DNA of 63,514 nucleotides, filler included, from Circinaria calcarea (GCA_051942165.1; 12 parts of 12 records of this genome joined end to end with filler, not necessarily neighbours in it); one strand, 5' to 3'; shown: positions 10,804-21,147, counted from the first letter of the whole stretch. The notes: generated from the sequence alone by a model not told the origin. A program made the numbers and translations.

Positions 10804-13800
10804 CACCCCCTTCATCATCTGCTTCAGCAGCATGATGACCTGAAGGGCTTAAGTCAACGAGACCTAATACCTTGATGAATTGCGCGTGGCGCTGTGTGGG
10901 CAGTGGCTTAGTGAAACCGTCTGCGAGTGTTTGTGCGGAGGGTGTCCATTGCACTTTGATATTGCGGCGTTGAACTTCTTGTCTCAGCCAGTGGTGGTGG
11001 ATATCTATGTGTCGAAGCTTAGTAGTGAAGCGTGGATTATTCGACAATAGAATGCGTAGAGTTTGTTGATTGTCACACTCAATGTTGATGGAATGCCCCG
11101 GGTCGAAATCAATGGATTCGAAGAAACGGGACCACCAGAGTGTTTCTTTGCTGGTAGTGGAAAGAGCCAATAGCTCAGCTTCCGTGGTGCTTGTGGTCAC
11201 TGTTCGCTGGCGTGTCGATTTCCAGTCAATAATGGCGTTAAAAAGTGTAAAGGCGTAGCCTTGTGTGCTCCGACGTGTATCGGGATCGTTGCCGTATGAG
11301 GCGTCACTGCTTGCAATGAACACGTTACGTGTGCTCTGAGCAGCGGGATCAACCTGTATGGCGTAATGCTTTGTGGATGCGAGGTATTTGAGAACGCGGG
11401 TAGCGAGCTCAGTGTGTCGCTTTGATGGGTTGGTGAGGTATGAGGAGAGAATGGAAACGGCGTGAGCGATGTCTGGACGTGTGATAACGGCGGCGAAATT
11501 GATTGATCCGACGTATTGCTGATATGTGTAGATATCCTGTGGAGTAGCCTGCCTATCTGACTTCCGAATATCCTCTATTGGCAGCGGTGTTTCGGTGCGG
11601 CGTCCATCTAATGAAATCTTGAATTTGGCTATGAGTTTGTCCACATATGACAATTGTGAGAGCCAGAGGCGGCGTGTATGCCTATCTCTAGTGATGTGTA
11701 TGCCGAGGAACCATTTGACTTCTCCAAGTAGTCTCATCTCGTATTTGTTGAAGAGTTGGCGTTGGAATTCGTCAACTTGTGTAGTGAATCGGCGGTCGTA
11801 GATAACCGCAATATCGTCAACAAAGAAGAAGACGATCATATACTGATTCGTGTATAGGCATTCGATGCCTGGGACTGGTTCAAGGCCGAGTTCTACCAGT
11901 GTCATCGAGAAGTGTTTATACCACAATGCTGGTGACTGTTTCAATCCATATAGTGCACGGAGGAGTAAAAGAATCATGTTAGTAATTCCCTTCCATCCTT
12001 CTGGTATGGTGCAGTATGTGGGTTCGTCAATAGGGCTGTTTGCGAAGGCATTAACAGCGTCATATTGGCGAGTCTCCAAATCGAATGCGGCGGTGATGGC
12101 CATAATGGCGCGGAAGATTCTTGCAGCGAGAGTGGCAGCGTATGTGTCCATTTCTGTTTTCTGCAGATCTCCTCTTGCGCATAGGCGTGCTTTGAATTGG
12201 ATTAGATATCCTTGATCATCGAATTTGTATTTGAATACCCATCTCGTAGGTATTGGCATTTTGCCATGTTGTTTTGCATGACTGGGTGCAACTTCCTGCC
12301 ATGTGTTCTTGCGTTTGAGAGCTTCAAGCTCTGTTGTGATTGCTAGTTTGAATTGATCTGCATATTGGTGTTTGAGCATTTCCTTATAGCCATCAGGCTC
12401 TTTAGGCATGTTGTCTCTGTGTAGTCGTGCAGGCGACGGCGTTTGGTTTGTAGAACTACCGGATATGGATCGGTGAGTTCCAGTGGGTATGCCATAGTAA
12501 GATACGGCGCTTGCGAATGAAGAGAATGATGCATGGAACGAAGAGAGGTCGTTTTGCGTGGTTTGGAGTTGCGCTGTGTATGCCTCACGGCGTTTATTGC
12601 GACGTGTGCGTGTCACCCCCTCAGGTAAGACGTTGGCGACGTCGAGGCTGGCTGACACTTCTCCTGCTCTACTTGCTTGAGGTTGAACCTCCTCTTCAAT
12701 GGGTTCCGGTTCTCTTCTTGGTATGCGTACTTCCACTTGTGGTAATCTCAGTGGAAACACTGTTTGCAGGGTTTCTTCCGAATCAAGCGGTGTGTTCTGA
12801 CGCGTGGTGTCACTCGAATCTGTGTCAGTTGGTGTGTAAACACTTGGATCCGGTGTAGGAAGGTAAGAAGTGTCCTTTTCCTTTCCTTTCATTTGTTGTT
12901 GAACTTCCGGGTCTGGACCTGGGAGTTCGCGTGTTGTGTTGATATCGTTGTTATCGATTTCCGAATCAGTGTCAGAATCGATTTCTGTAATGGCATTGGA
13001 TTCTTGTATTAGCCTTGATATGTGTAAGTTTGTTTCCAGCATGGGTTCTTCAATTAGCTGTCGAAGGTCTGGTTCGCTGGGGTCGTAAAATGACGTTTCG
13101 TCGAATATCACGTCTCTTGTGCGAATAACCTTTCGTTGGCTTGGTATCCATATGCGAAAGATGTTTGTTGAATCATAACCGATAAGATGACCGATATGGG
13201 CACGTTCGGCAAGCTTTTGCTTCTTAGGAAGCTGCTTTATCAATGTATATGCCTTACACCCGTACACTTTCAAGTGGCTAAGTTTTGGCTTGTATGTCGT
13301 CACCAGCTCTACCGGTGTTTTCCAGTTATGCTTTTTCATTGGTGTACGATTTGCGATGTATGCTGCGGCACAGATCGTTTCTGTCCACATGTATTGAGGG
13401 ATATTAGCACTTATGCGAATAGCACGTGCTTTGGTTGATAGAACACATCCCTTACGCTCTGCATGACCATTCTGATCTGGCGTATGTGGTGACGATGTTT
13501 CAAATGTGATGCCTTGGGATGCTAGCTCATGCTGAAAGTCATGATCTAAAGCCTTTTCTCCGTCAGTGCGTACGAAGACGACGTCTTGATCATAGCGTTT
13601 CTTGATAAGAGCTAAGCCATCTAATAAGACCTTCCGTGCACCTGTCTTTGATGAGTGTGTAAAGACCATATTGAAGTCAGTGAAGTCACAGGCTAAGTGA
13701 GAAGCCCATTGATGTCCGTTGTATGCAGTGCTAAACTGCATAAGATCGAATGAAATTCGTTGGAATGGACGTGTTGATGGTTCTGATTTCTCCTTGGATC

Positions 13801-15547
13801 GAGAAACAATTTTGTGTATTTTGGAAAGAGCACATGGCTCACATTCATGTGTTTTGGGTACGGAATCCTTGGAGTTCTCGTACGATACTTTCACCCCCTC
13901 AGCTGAAGCTTCCAAATGCTGAATAGCTTCGGCTGATGCATGTCCTAAGATGCGATGCCATTCATGCATAGTCGCTATCTTCATTGCGTGGTGGGCCTGC
14001 ATTAGAACCGACGGTGGTTCCGTTGTGTTGTCCTCCAATAGAAAGAGTCCTCCATATGTTTTGACGTGCGCGATGACCTTACCATTCTGGTTAAGGCGGC
14101 CACGTGGTATGTCCCAATCCACCCCCTTAGACACTGCCTTGTGTAGTGACACTAGGTTGGTTGGGTATTCTGGTATATGCGCCACGTTATTCAATAGAAT
14201 TGTGCGCGGTCCCTCGTCTGTCGTGACATTGATGCGTAGGTCTCCATAGCAGTCAATTGCCATGCGAGTACCTGACGTCACCCAATCATTCGGATGAGAT
14301 TTTCTGATGTTAATGAGTCGACTCTTCATGCTTTTGTTGCAGACATGAGAGTCGGATCCTGAATCAAGAATCCATGACTTTTGAAGTGGCGGTTCTTTCG
14401 CCTTTGTGTGATGAGAACTTATGGCTGTGAAGGATGATGTATCAACTCCACTAGTGGTGCTGTTGGCAGTAGGATTAGTAGGCTTGTTGGCTCCATCATG
14501 TTCCTTGCCTTTGTTAGCTCGTTGTATGCTTATGCTCTTTGCAATGCTATCATCAACTCGCTTCTTGAATTCTGTATCCTTAAGCTTCTCATCAACTTTC
14601 TTTCGAATTTCAGCGTTCATCTTCCATTCTTTCGGGCAAATAGCGGGGTTGAGGTAGAAGCATTTGTCCCAGTAATGTCTTCTTCCACATAGGCATTCTG
14701 GTTTACCTTCTCCATCCGTGCTACGCCCACGAAAGCTCGATGTAGTTGACTGCTGCTGAGGTGCAGCCACTTTGGTGGTTGTGGTGATAGACGACTCAGT
14801 CTCAAATGCTGAATATCCTATTGTTTTGGTCGTCAGTGAAGCCGTAGCTTTATACTGTTGACGTTGTTTGAATTTGGCAATCAGCTCAAAGACGTTCTTG
14901 ATGTCTCCTTCTTCTGACTTTATCATGTACAGGTCGGAGAACACTTGGTCTTTCGAAGCTATAGCCATTAGAAAGTCACGAATAGCGCGTTGATCTAGCA
15001 GTGCTTCTGATAGATTGAGCTTCCGTGCTAGTGTGAGTGTAAGTACGTAGTCATCGATCCATGTATCAATGTTCTGCGTGCTCGATGGACCATTTCGCAA
15101 CTTGAGGTATTTCTTCTCGATTTCATACAGTTGTGTCTGCGTGCTTGGCGACAGACGCTGTTTCAAAGCTCGAAGTATGTCCCATGGATGCGATTCCGTC
15201 TCTTGTAAATACACTATATTGCTTGCAGCAATGGTGTCATGAATGAAGTTTGTGATGTCGGCAAATGCCTTCTTTTCGCGTTCGTAGTCAGTGAGTTTGA
15301 ATTTGTAGAGTTTCTCTTTGACTTTGAACATTTCCAGCGCGTTCTTCAATTCCACTGGTGTGAGTGACGTGTTTTCAAGCTCTGCGATGGCAGGCCTGTC
15401 AGGTCTTGATGTCGACGTAGGGCGTACATCCAATGAAGGATTGATAAGCTCCCATATGTCGAGTTGAATGGCGCGGGTGCGTACGATGGAAAACCATGAC
15501 GCCCAGTCAGCCGGCTTTGAGAGTGTGATTTTCTTACTGCCTTCCAT
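10778..15547 (-). CDS. Copia gag-pol polyprotein, 1589 aa, uninterrupted
   Basis: Gag knuckle CLCGRRHYWDKC; protease WILDSGSD; integrase HRILGH..CEPC and SFDL..RTDGE..NGHAER; RT FKARLCARG, ALYGLKQSP, FFVDD; RNase H SSDASY, TTEAE, ECDNQ, ADGFTK. Confidence 0.97.
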   Translation of the reverse strand: MEGSKKITLSKPADWASWFSIVRTRAIQLDIWELINPSLDVRPTSTSRPDRPAIAELENTSLTPVELKNALEMFKVKEKLYKFKLTDYEREKKAFADITNFIHDTIAASNIVYLQETESHPWDILRALKQRLSPSTQTQLYEIEKKYLKLRNGPSSTQNIDTWIDDYVLTLTLARKLNLSEALLDQRAIRDFLMAIASKDQVFSDLYMIKSEEGDIKNVFELIAKFKQRQQYKATASLTTKTIGYSAFETESSITTTTKVAAPQQQSTTSSFRGRSTDGEGKPECLCGRRHYWDKCFYLNPAICPKEWKMNAEIRKKVDEKLKDTEFKKRVDDSIAKSISIQRANKGKEHDGANKPTNPTANSTTSGVDTSSFTAISSHHTKAKEPPLQKSWILDSGSDSHVCNKSMKSRLINIRKSHPNDWVTSGTRMAIDCYGDLRINVTTDEGPRTILLNNVAHIPEYPTNLVSLHKAVSKGVDWDIPRGRLNQNGKVIAHVKTYGGLFLLEDNTTEPPSVLMQAHHAMKIATMHEWHRILGHASAEAIQHLEASAEGVKVSYENSKDSVPKTHECEPCALSKIHKIVSRSKEKSEPSTRPFQRISFDLMQFSTAYNGHQWASHLACDFTDFNMVFTHSSKTGARKVLLDGLALIKKRYDQDVVFVRTDGEKALDHDFQHELASQGITFETSSPHTPDQNGHAERKGCVLSTKARAIRISANIPQYMWTETICAAAYIANRTPMKKHNWKTPVELVTTYKPKLSHLKVYGCKAYTLIKQLPKKQKLAERAHIGHLIGYDSTNIFRIWIPSQRKVIRTRDVIFDETSFYDPSEPDLRQLIEEPMLETNLHISRLIQESNAITEIDSDTDSEIDNNDINTTRELPGPDPEVQQQMKGKEKDTSYLPTPDPSVYTPTDTDSSDTTRQNTPLDSEETLQTVFPLRLPQVEVRIPRREPEPIEEEVQPQASRAGEVSASLDVANVLPEGVTRTRRNKRREAYTAQLQTTQNDLSSFHASFSSFASAVSYYGIPTGTHRSISGSSTNQTPSPARLHRDNMPKEPDGYKEMLKHQYADQFKLAITTELEALKRKNTWQEVAPSHAKQHGKMPIPTRWVFKYKFDDQGYLIQFKARLCARGDLQKTEMDTYAATLAARIFRAIMAITAAFDLETRQYDAVNAFANSPIDEPTYCTIPEGWKGITNMILLLLRALYGLKQSPALWYKHFSMTLVELGLEPVPGIECLYTNQYMIVFFFVDDIAVIYDRRFTTQVDEFQRQLFNKYEMRLLGEVKWFLGIHITRDRHTRRLWLSQLSYVDKLIAKFKISLDGRRTETPLPIEDIRKSDRQATPQDIYTYQQYVGSINFAAVITRPDIAHAVSILSSYLTNPSKRHTELATRVLKYLASTKHYAIQVDPAAQSTRNVFIASSDASYGNDPDTRRSTQGYAFTLFNAIIDWKSTRQRTVTTSTTEAELLALSTTSKETLWWSRFFESIDFDPGHSINIECDNQQTLRILLSNNPRFTTKLRHIDIHHHWLRQEVQRRNIKVQWTPSAQTLADGFTKPLPTQRHAQFIKVLGLVDLSPSGHHAAEADDEGGVSNLAPHT
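10804..10813 (-). other. Polypurine tract
   Basis: GAAGGGGGTG on the minus strand, immediately before the LTR-initial TG. Confidence 0.8.
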
Positions 15548-15635
15548 GACTAGTAAGATGAATTTGCTTGATGTGAGTACTTGAATAAACGAGTCCTCGA
15601 ATGAATGGTAATCGCGCGTTGCTGGTCACGATACC

Positions 15636-15646
15636 GGGCTCATAAC
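15636..15646 (-). other. Primer-binding site complementary to the anticodon arm of initiator tRNA-Met (half-tRNA priming)
   Basis: GTTATGAGCCC directly follows the LTR-terminal ...GTTCAACA. Confidence 0.85.
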
Positions 15647-15838
15647 TGTTGAACTTTTGGAGTCACTCAGAGCAGTTTATGGTGTTGAAGTGAGATCAAT
15701 TCGTGTGGTTATTGCACGCTATGCAAAGTATGAATTGTCTATGGTTCTATGGAGAGAAAAACAACGCTTTTGTGTGTGTAATAACGCGCTAATGACACGC
15801 GAAGTGGAATCGGTGTAACGAACTCCCGGGTCTGAGAC
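15647..15838 (-). repeat. 5' LTR (partial)
   Basis: Ends AAGTTCAACA on the minus strand, a 9/10 inverted match to the LTR start TGTCGAACTT. Confidence 0.9.
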
Positions 15839-15938
15839 NNNNNNNNNNNNNNNNNNNNNNNNNNNNNNNNNNNNNNNNNNNNTTAATTAATTAANNNNNN
15901 NNNNNNNNNNNNNNNNNNNNNNNNNNNNNNNNNNNNNN
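15839..15938. other. Artificial contig linker
   Basis: N44-TTAATTAATTAA-N44. Confidence 0.99.
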
Positions 15939-15948
15939 CCGGGCAAGC

Positions 15949-17592
15949 CTACTCCTTGGCACTTCTTTCCTTGGGTTTCTTGAATACAGATCCAGACGTC
16001 TGAGAGGATGGGAGTCTCGGAGCGCTTTCCTGGGAGTACGGATGAGGCGACTGGCCGTCCTGTTGTTGGATGGACTCGGCGTTGGATACCCGCGAGAAAA
16101 GGCTCCACGCGAAGACATCTGGATCGGGCAGCTGATCAACAGCGGCACGGATCCTTTCGAGGTGGATTGGAACAAACAGGTCATAAACATTCCTCGTGAA
16201 TTGATAGGCCGTCCATCTGTCTTTGCCGTCCAGAGCTGTAATGTCGAACTTGTGGATTGCATGGCGGTAAAAGCCGGTCTCAGTTCCATTGATCAGAGCA
16301 TAGTGACCGTAAATCCTTACAGCCTCGTTATCGTGCGAGACCGAGAAGGCAAGGATTTTTCTGTGGAGTTCGCCTTCACGTTTGATCCTTTTAAACAGCT
16401 CGACAAGCCCTTTTACTGAAACGCTTGCACTGTGCATATTCTGTCGGTCGGCAATGTTGAGGGCTTGATCGCCACATTTGACCTCGCAGGTTAAGAAAGG
16501 GAAATACATGTCCTCCCTAGCCATGACAGAACATTGGTCCTTGTATCCGCCGACGAAAGGACTAAGCCTGTCAAGTTGATTCTTGGTGAATGCGGATGCC
16601 CTGAATCCTACAGAATAATCGGGCTGTGGACGAGTATCGGTAAGGGGAATGCACTTTAGCCAAGATGAATTGACCTTTTCAATTAAAATGTCGGGATTGG
16701 TAGCTCCGTAGACAGATAGCGTTTCGGCGGAAGGGACAATAAGCCGTGTAATATCCTGGATAATTCTTGCCTCGTTTTCGTTGCGAATTAGGGAGCATAT
16801 TGTTTCGAACCTGTCGTCATGGAAAAGGGAGTCTTTCACAATGGGCTGTTTAGAATCTAGTAATCTTCGGCAAAGATCTTTACATCTATCGTCTATCTTT
16901 ACTGGAGGTTTTTCCATGAACGCTCCACGAGTAGCAAGGTGAGTCTCGTACCGACCGTCCTTATAAGGGGCACTCTTCGCTTCTCGAGGCAAATCTTTAG
17001 GTGTTTCCCCGCTTAATTCCGACTCCAAACTGCGAGTGGATGCAGACCTCTTCCTTAAAAATGGTTGACTCATTTCAAAATATTCCGGTGGCCAGGTATA
17101 TTTTCTCGTCCAATAGTCAACCGGATTGTCGACAATGAGATACTCCAAGCTTGCGCTACCTTCAGCTACCGGTTTTATAGACGAGCTTCTATGACGCTTT
17201 TGCCTATGATCCTCCTTAACAGGTCGAGGCACAACTTCTTCGGACCGAGATCGTTTCCGCGTTTGGTCAGGAATTGAAGGTCTTCTTGAAACGGACGAGT
17301 CTCGTGGGAGCTTTGCGTTCGGTCAGCAATACGTAGCCAAGTGGGGGAAGGAATAGCGGAACATACCTTTTTACCAGGAGTATCACTCGTAGGGGAAAGA
17401 AGTTGACGTACTTGCTCTTGGCTCCCCAGTTGCTGACGGAGACGTTGTTTCTCTTGTAGACGTGCGCTCTTGGGAAATGGCGCGAAGGACTGTTTTCGCT
17501 GAACTCCAAGGGGAAGGGGCGCTGTAGAATATCAGCTGGAGGAGGTCAGGTTATAAGAGGGTAGCTTTACCTTGGTTATTCAATGGCTCCAT
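15949..17592 (-). CDS. DUF7924-like fungal protein with a PD-(D/E)xK-like signature (3 exons)
   Basis: An ATG at 17592 (MEPLNNQ) and two GT-AG introns join in frame to the 427-aa ORF. Motifs RPQPDYSVGF, YFPFLTCEVKCG, ADRQNMHSASV, ILAFSVSHD, VRIYGHY. Confidence 0.8.
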
Positions 17593-18015
17593 AGCTAAAG
17601 ATTGCCGCCCATGTCTCCTGACGTTTGACTTTGTTCCTTGCGTGGACATGTTGACTGAGGGTAAGAGGAAGGAAGACAGGCGTATTTACTACCGCAGGCA
17701 TAGTATGTAACAAACATGTGAACAGAAGTTGCGGTGGTTGGCGGGCACTATGTCTTGGCCGTGAACTCGCTAGCTAAACGCCCCGGCACCCTGACCAGAT
17801 TCTAAGGCTTTCGGTAAAAATAATAGGCCCGGAGTACAGAGTAGGCGAGAATAATACTCGGGATTAGTATTTTACGGGGCAGCCTCCCCCGAACTTAAAA
17901 GACAAACCCCCTGAGACCCCGGGCACTCCAAATATTATGTACGGAAGCACAAAATCATAGAAACCGTCCACGCCAGAGAAAACATACCTTTAAATAATAG
18001 GCCAATAACCCAACA

Positions 18016-18520
18016 ATGGCCGACTCCCAGCTCTTCGAGGACACCTTCACCCTAACCGCCCTCAACTCCCAAAAATACGACCGCGTCTCGCGCATCAGTG
18101 GCAATACCGAATCCGGTGATACCTTTCTCACGCTCGACATCAACAGCGAGCTCTATCCCTGTGCCGTCGGCGATCGCGTGCACCTCGTGCTCGCCTCGAC
18201 CCTCGCGCTCGACGGTAGCAAGGAAGAAAAAGGCTGGCGGGAAGTGGGGAGGGGCGAGCAGAGCTTGGCGGACTTTTACGATTATGTGTGTCACGGGAAG
18301 GTCTATCGGTTTGAGGAGGGGCAGGGGGAGAATATGTAGGTTTTGTTCTCCTTCTGAAGGGCGGAGAGTTCTTAGGTGAGGAACGGGAAGCTGACTCGAG
18401 GGGAAATACAGTAAGGTTTTTGTGAGCTTTGGGGGACTGTTGCTGTACATGGAGGGCCCGTACAAGAAGCTCACGCCGCTACGGATCGAGTACGTTTACC
18501 TACTGATGAAGAAAACCTGA
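18016..18520 (+). CDS. RPB8: RNA polymerases I/II/III shared subunit RPABC3 (2 exons)
   Basis: LFEDTF...KYDRVSRI...LDINSELYP...ADFYDYVCHGKVYRF; intron 18336-18411; second exon VFVSFGGLLLYMEG...VYLLMKKT*. Confidence 0.97.
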
Positions 18521-18700
18521 TCAAACGGATCCATCGAAAATACGGCTAGAAGAAATGTCGGCGGCTTCCGCGAGATACGTCTCTCAGCATCGTAGGGCGT
18601 TTAAAATATGCGGATCATCATGCGGCTCATAGCGATGGCGTTTGGGAATAGGTAGATGGGCTGGCAAAAACCAAGCGGCTTCTCCGAAGGGTGTTGTGTT

Positions 18701-19717
18701 CTAATGCGAAGTCATTGGAAAAGGCATTCTTCGATGCAACCTCGAGACAATCTCAACATAATCCCTCTCGTTCTCTGCCGTCAGAATGCCATGCCTCACA
18801 AAGAAATCTAATAGCAACATCGCGCAATTTGGCTTGAACTGTCCCTCTGCAAGGGCCTGCTGAACATCTTCCACACTCCAGAGATAGAACCTTTCCACTT
18901 CGTCATCGGAGGGTTCGGGTACTATATGAGACGGAAGTTCGAGGTCGTACACATACTGAATCTCCGGCTGCAACAGTCCAGTCTCACCACCAGCACGCTT
19001 GTCTCGTACATGAAGGTACGAGATTATGCCGCAAGCCTTCGCTCCCTTCCGAACGATATCTTCCGGCAATGATGCCTCCTCGGCTGCTTCCCGGATTAAG
19101 CTCTCGAACGGTTCTTCGCCTTGACTGATCCCCCCAGCGACGGTATTATCCAACATACCACCATACGTTTGCTTTGACTTTGCCCGTCTCGGCACCCAGA
19201 CACTCATTCCTTCTTTCGTTCTCGTGTACGCAGTCATATGCACTCCCAGCGTCACGATTCCAAAAAGTGCGGTTCCCGCCCTCTCCATCTTCAATCCCTC
19301 TCCAGCGCTGTTAGGAGCGATAATCGGATACAACTCATCCCGCCAGCCCTTCAGTACTTTGAACGCCCCTAGCTCTCTTGCCTTGATCAACTGCTTCTCT
19401 ATGGCTTTGTTTATCGAGTCCACATCATCGTTCTTGGTCGATATCATTTTGGTGTAGTGGGAGATATTGAAATCTTCCGTCCAAGGCATTCTCTCTACTG
19501 TAGAGGGAAGTAGCCAGCCGACGATTTCGTCGCTACTTCCAGCGACGCGAAATTTGTAGAATGAGGAGATCAGTTGGGCATATTGCTCAGGGTTGTCGTC
19601 GTAGTAGGGGAAGCTGTGACCATTGACATCAGTAACATCATAACTTGTACAGATTAACAGAACTGACTTATCACACTCGTCTACGAGGTCTAGGTTTGAT
19701 TTCAAATTACTCCCCAT
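18701..19717 (-). CDS. Nudix hydrolase (yeast YJR142W-like, 'thiamine pyrophosphokinase-related')
   Basis: GWRDELY, MERAGTALFGI..GVHMTAY, WVPRRAKSKQTYGGMLDNTVAGG, Nudix box GEEPFESLIREAAEEASL, FKPNC. There is a probable 54-nt in-frame intron near the 5' end (GTCAGT..CACAG). Confidence 0.92.
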   Translation of the reverse strand: MGSNLKSNLDLVDECDKSVLLICTSYDVTDVNGHSFPYYDDNPEQYAQLISSFYKFRVAGSSDEIVGWLLPSTVERMPWTEDFNISHYTKMISTKNDDVDSINKAIEKQLIKARELGAFKVLKGWRDELYPIIAPNSAGEGLKMERAGTALFGIVTLGVHMTAYTRTKEGMSVWVPRRAKSKQTYGGMLDNTVAGGISQGEEPFESLIREAAEEASLPEDIVRKGAKACGIISYLHVRDKRAGGETGLLQPEIQYVYDLELPSHIVPEPSDDEVERFYLWSVEDVQQALAEGQFKPNCAMLLLDFFVRHGILTAENERDYVEIVSRLHRRMPFPMTSH

Positions 19718-20165
19718 GCTTGAATTTGGGTCCGACGGAAGAAAGCTATCGAGATATAACTATATTGAATCACTTCAAAGCGACGCCGTGAAGAGATTAT
19801 CGAGATGTTTGTCCATGAAAACTACTTAGGAGACTATAAGCCTTATTGAACAATTATATGTGCATCAACGTTCACTACGTGAGGATTGTGCTGATTTCGA
19901 GTTTTACCAATTCAACAGGGCAATCGTGGTAGGTGTTTAGAGCCTAGTGTGGTACTAAGCGAGGCTACCTATGGATACTGAGTGAGAGCCTCAAATCCCT
20001 GCTCGTGACGTGAGCCTCTGAAAGCTTCCCGCTCAGATGCTGTCATTCTAACCCTAAGCCTAACCTTCCCAAGATGTAGCAGCGCTAAGTTGGTTGGCTA
20101 TCTATGAACGAGTGCACCCACCAGCACTTCTTCTCAGTTATTAATCTACTGTAAACCCTTTGATA

Positions 20166-20861
20166 ATGTTTGGCCTCATCCTCCCTTCCCGCCCCGTCGT
20201 CACTCAAGCCTCCCTGCTCACAATCTCCCCCACGCAATTTGCATTTACGTTTCCTTCCCTCCCTCATTTCAGTCACATAGTCATCTTTCTGATACCGGGG
20301 AATGAGCTCCCGAGTGATACCGCAGCTGCGGTTTACATTCAATTCCCGGGGAGTCCTGAGTTTCGTCTACTGGGAGCCATTGCCAACGAGAAGCAAAGTG
20401 CCATTTTCAGGGTCAACGGCAGTCAAGGCCGATCAAACGGAGCAGGGGCCATGGATAATTCTACCGCAGTTGGGGACATGGACATGGACGCCGAGCTCGG
20501 AACTCCAACCATCAGCGTCAACGGCACCACCGTCCCGGGAGACGTGACCATCGGCATATCCATCGAACCCTCCGCCAGCATCGCCGCCCAAATCGCCTCC
20601 GCAAAAACACAGTCCCCGACGCCAACAGATCCCAGCGCATCAACGGCGTTAACCCTTATCCAGAGACCGCCACCGCCACCGAGTACCAAACTCCTCGCCC
20701 AACGCATCATCAAGAACGCATTCAACTTCCTGGCCAGTTTCGCGGGTGGAGAGGGAGGCAATGAGGTGGTTCCCTTGAAGAGTTTCCAGGACTGGTGGAC
20801 CAAGTTTGAAAGGCGGGTGGAGAACGATCCGGGGTTTCTGGAGAGGGAGGTCGATGCTTAG
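20166..20861 (+). CDS. OPI10: Hikeshi/Opi10 family Hsp70 nuclear import carrier
   Basis: MFGLILPSRPV, HIVIFLIPG, LGAIANEKQSAIFR, GISIEP, LAQRIIKNAFNFLASF, VPLKSFQDWWTKFERR...DPGFL. Confidence 0.9.
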   Translation: MFGLILPSRPVVTQASLLTISPTQFAFTFPSLPHFSHIVIFLIPGNELPSDTAAAVYIQFPGSPEFRLLGAIANEKQSAIFRVNGSQGRSNGAGAMDNSTAVGDMDMDAELGTPTISVNGTTVPGDVTIGISIEPSASIAAQIASAKTQSPTPTDPSASTALTLIQRPPPPPSTKLLAQRIIKNAFNFLASFAGGEGGNEVVPLKSFQDWWTKFERRVENDPGFLEREVDA

Positions 20862-20971
20862 TTCTTATCGAGCAAATTTCTGTGCGGGATGCCCTTCTCC
20901 TTACCATACTGGCCCATTTCCAAAACTATCTTCTGAAACCGTTTTCCAATCATATGCATCGTAAGCGCCTT

Positions 20972-21147
20972 TCAATCTTCAAAAGCTGCAAAATCCAACC
21001 TAACCTCCACTGGCCTAATGCTCTCAATACCACCACCGCCTTGGTCAGCCATCCATCCCCCTTTTCCAAAACCCCCAACTCGAAAAAGAAAAACAAGGAG
21101 AGGGATATAAGAAACTCACAACACACCACGCGCACGCCCCCCCATTC
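20972..21147 (-). CDS. Possible spliced 3' end of a gene cut by the contig end
   Basis: A GTGAGT donor, GCTGAC branch and TAG acceptor give ...GGVRVVL|PVEVRLDFAAFED*. The family is not recognised. Confidence 0.35.

Larger units (their letters stand above)
10629..15838 (-). mobile_element. Ty1/Copia LTR retrotransposon occupying the whole contig
   Basis: Single gag-pol ORF in PR-IN-RT-RH order, LTR sequence at both ends, PBS and PPT present. Confidence 0.97.

Noticed and set aside
11070..14805. Numerous short antisense or overlapping ORFs within the Copia and other genes
   Set aside because: They are shadow ORFs of long coding frames with no independent motifs.
18701..20100. TPP riboswitch near the thiamine-related Nudix gene
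   Set aside because: I saw no TPP aptamer core with the conserved CUGAGA and downstream elements in a suitable arrangement.
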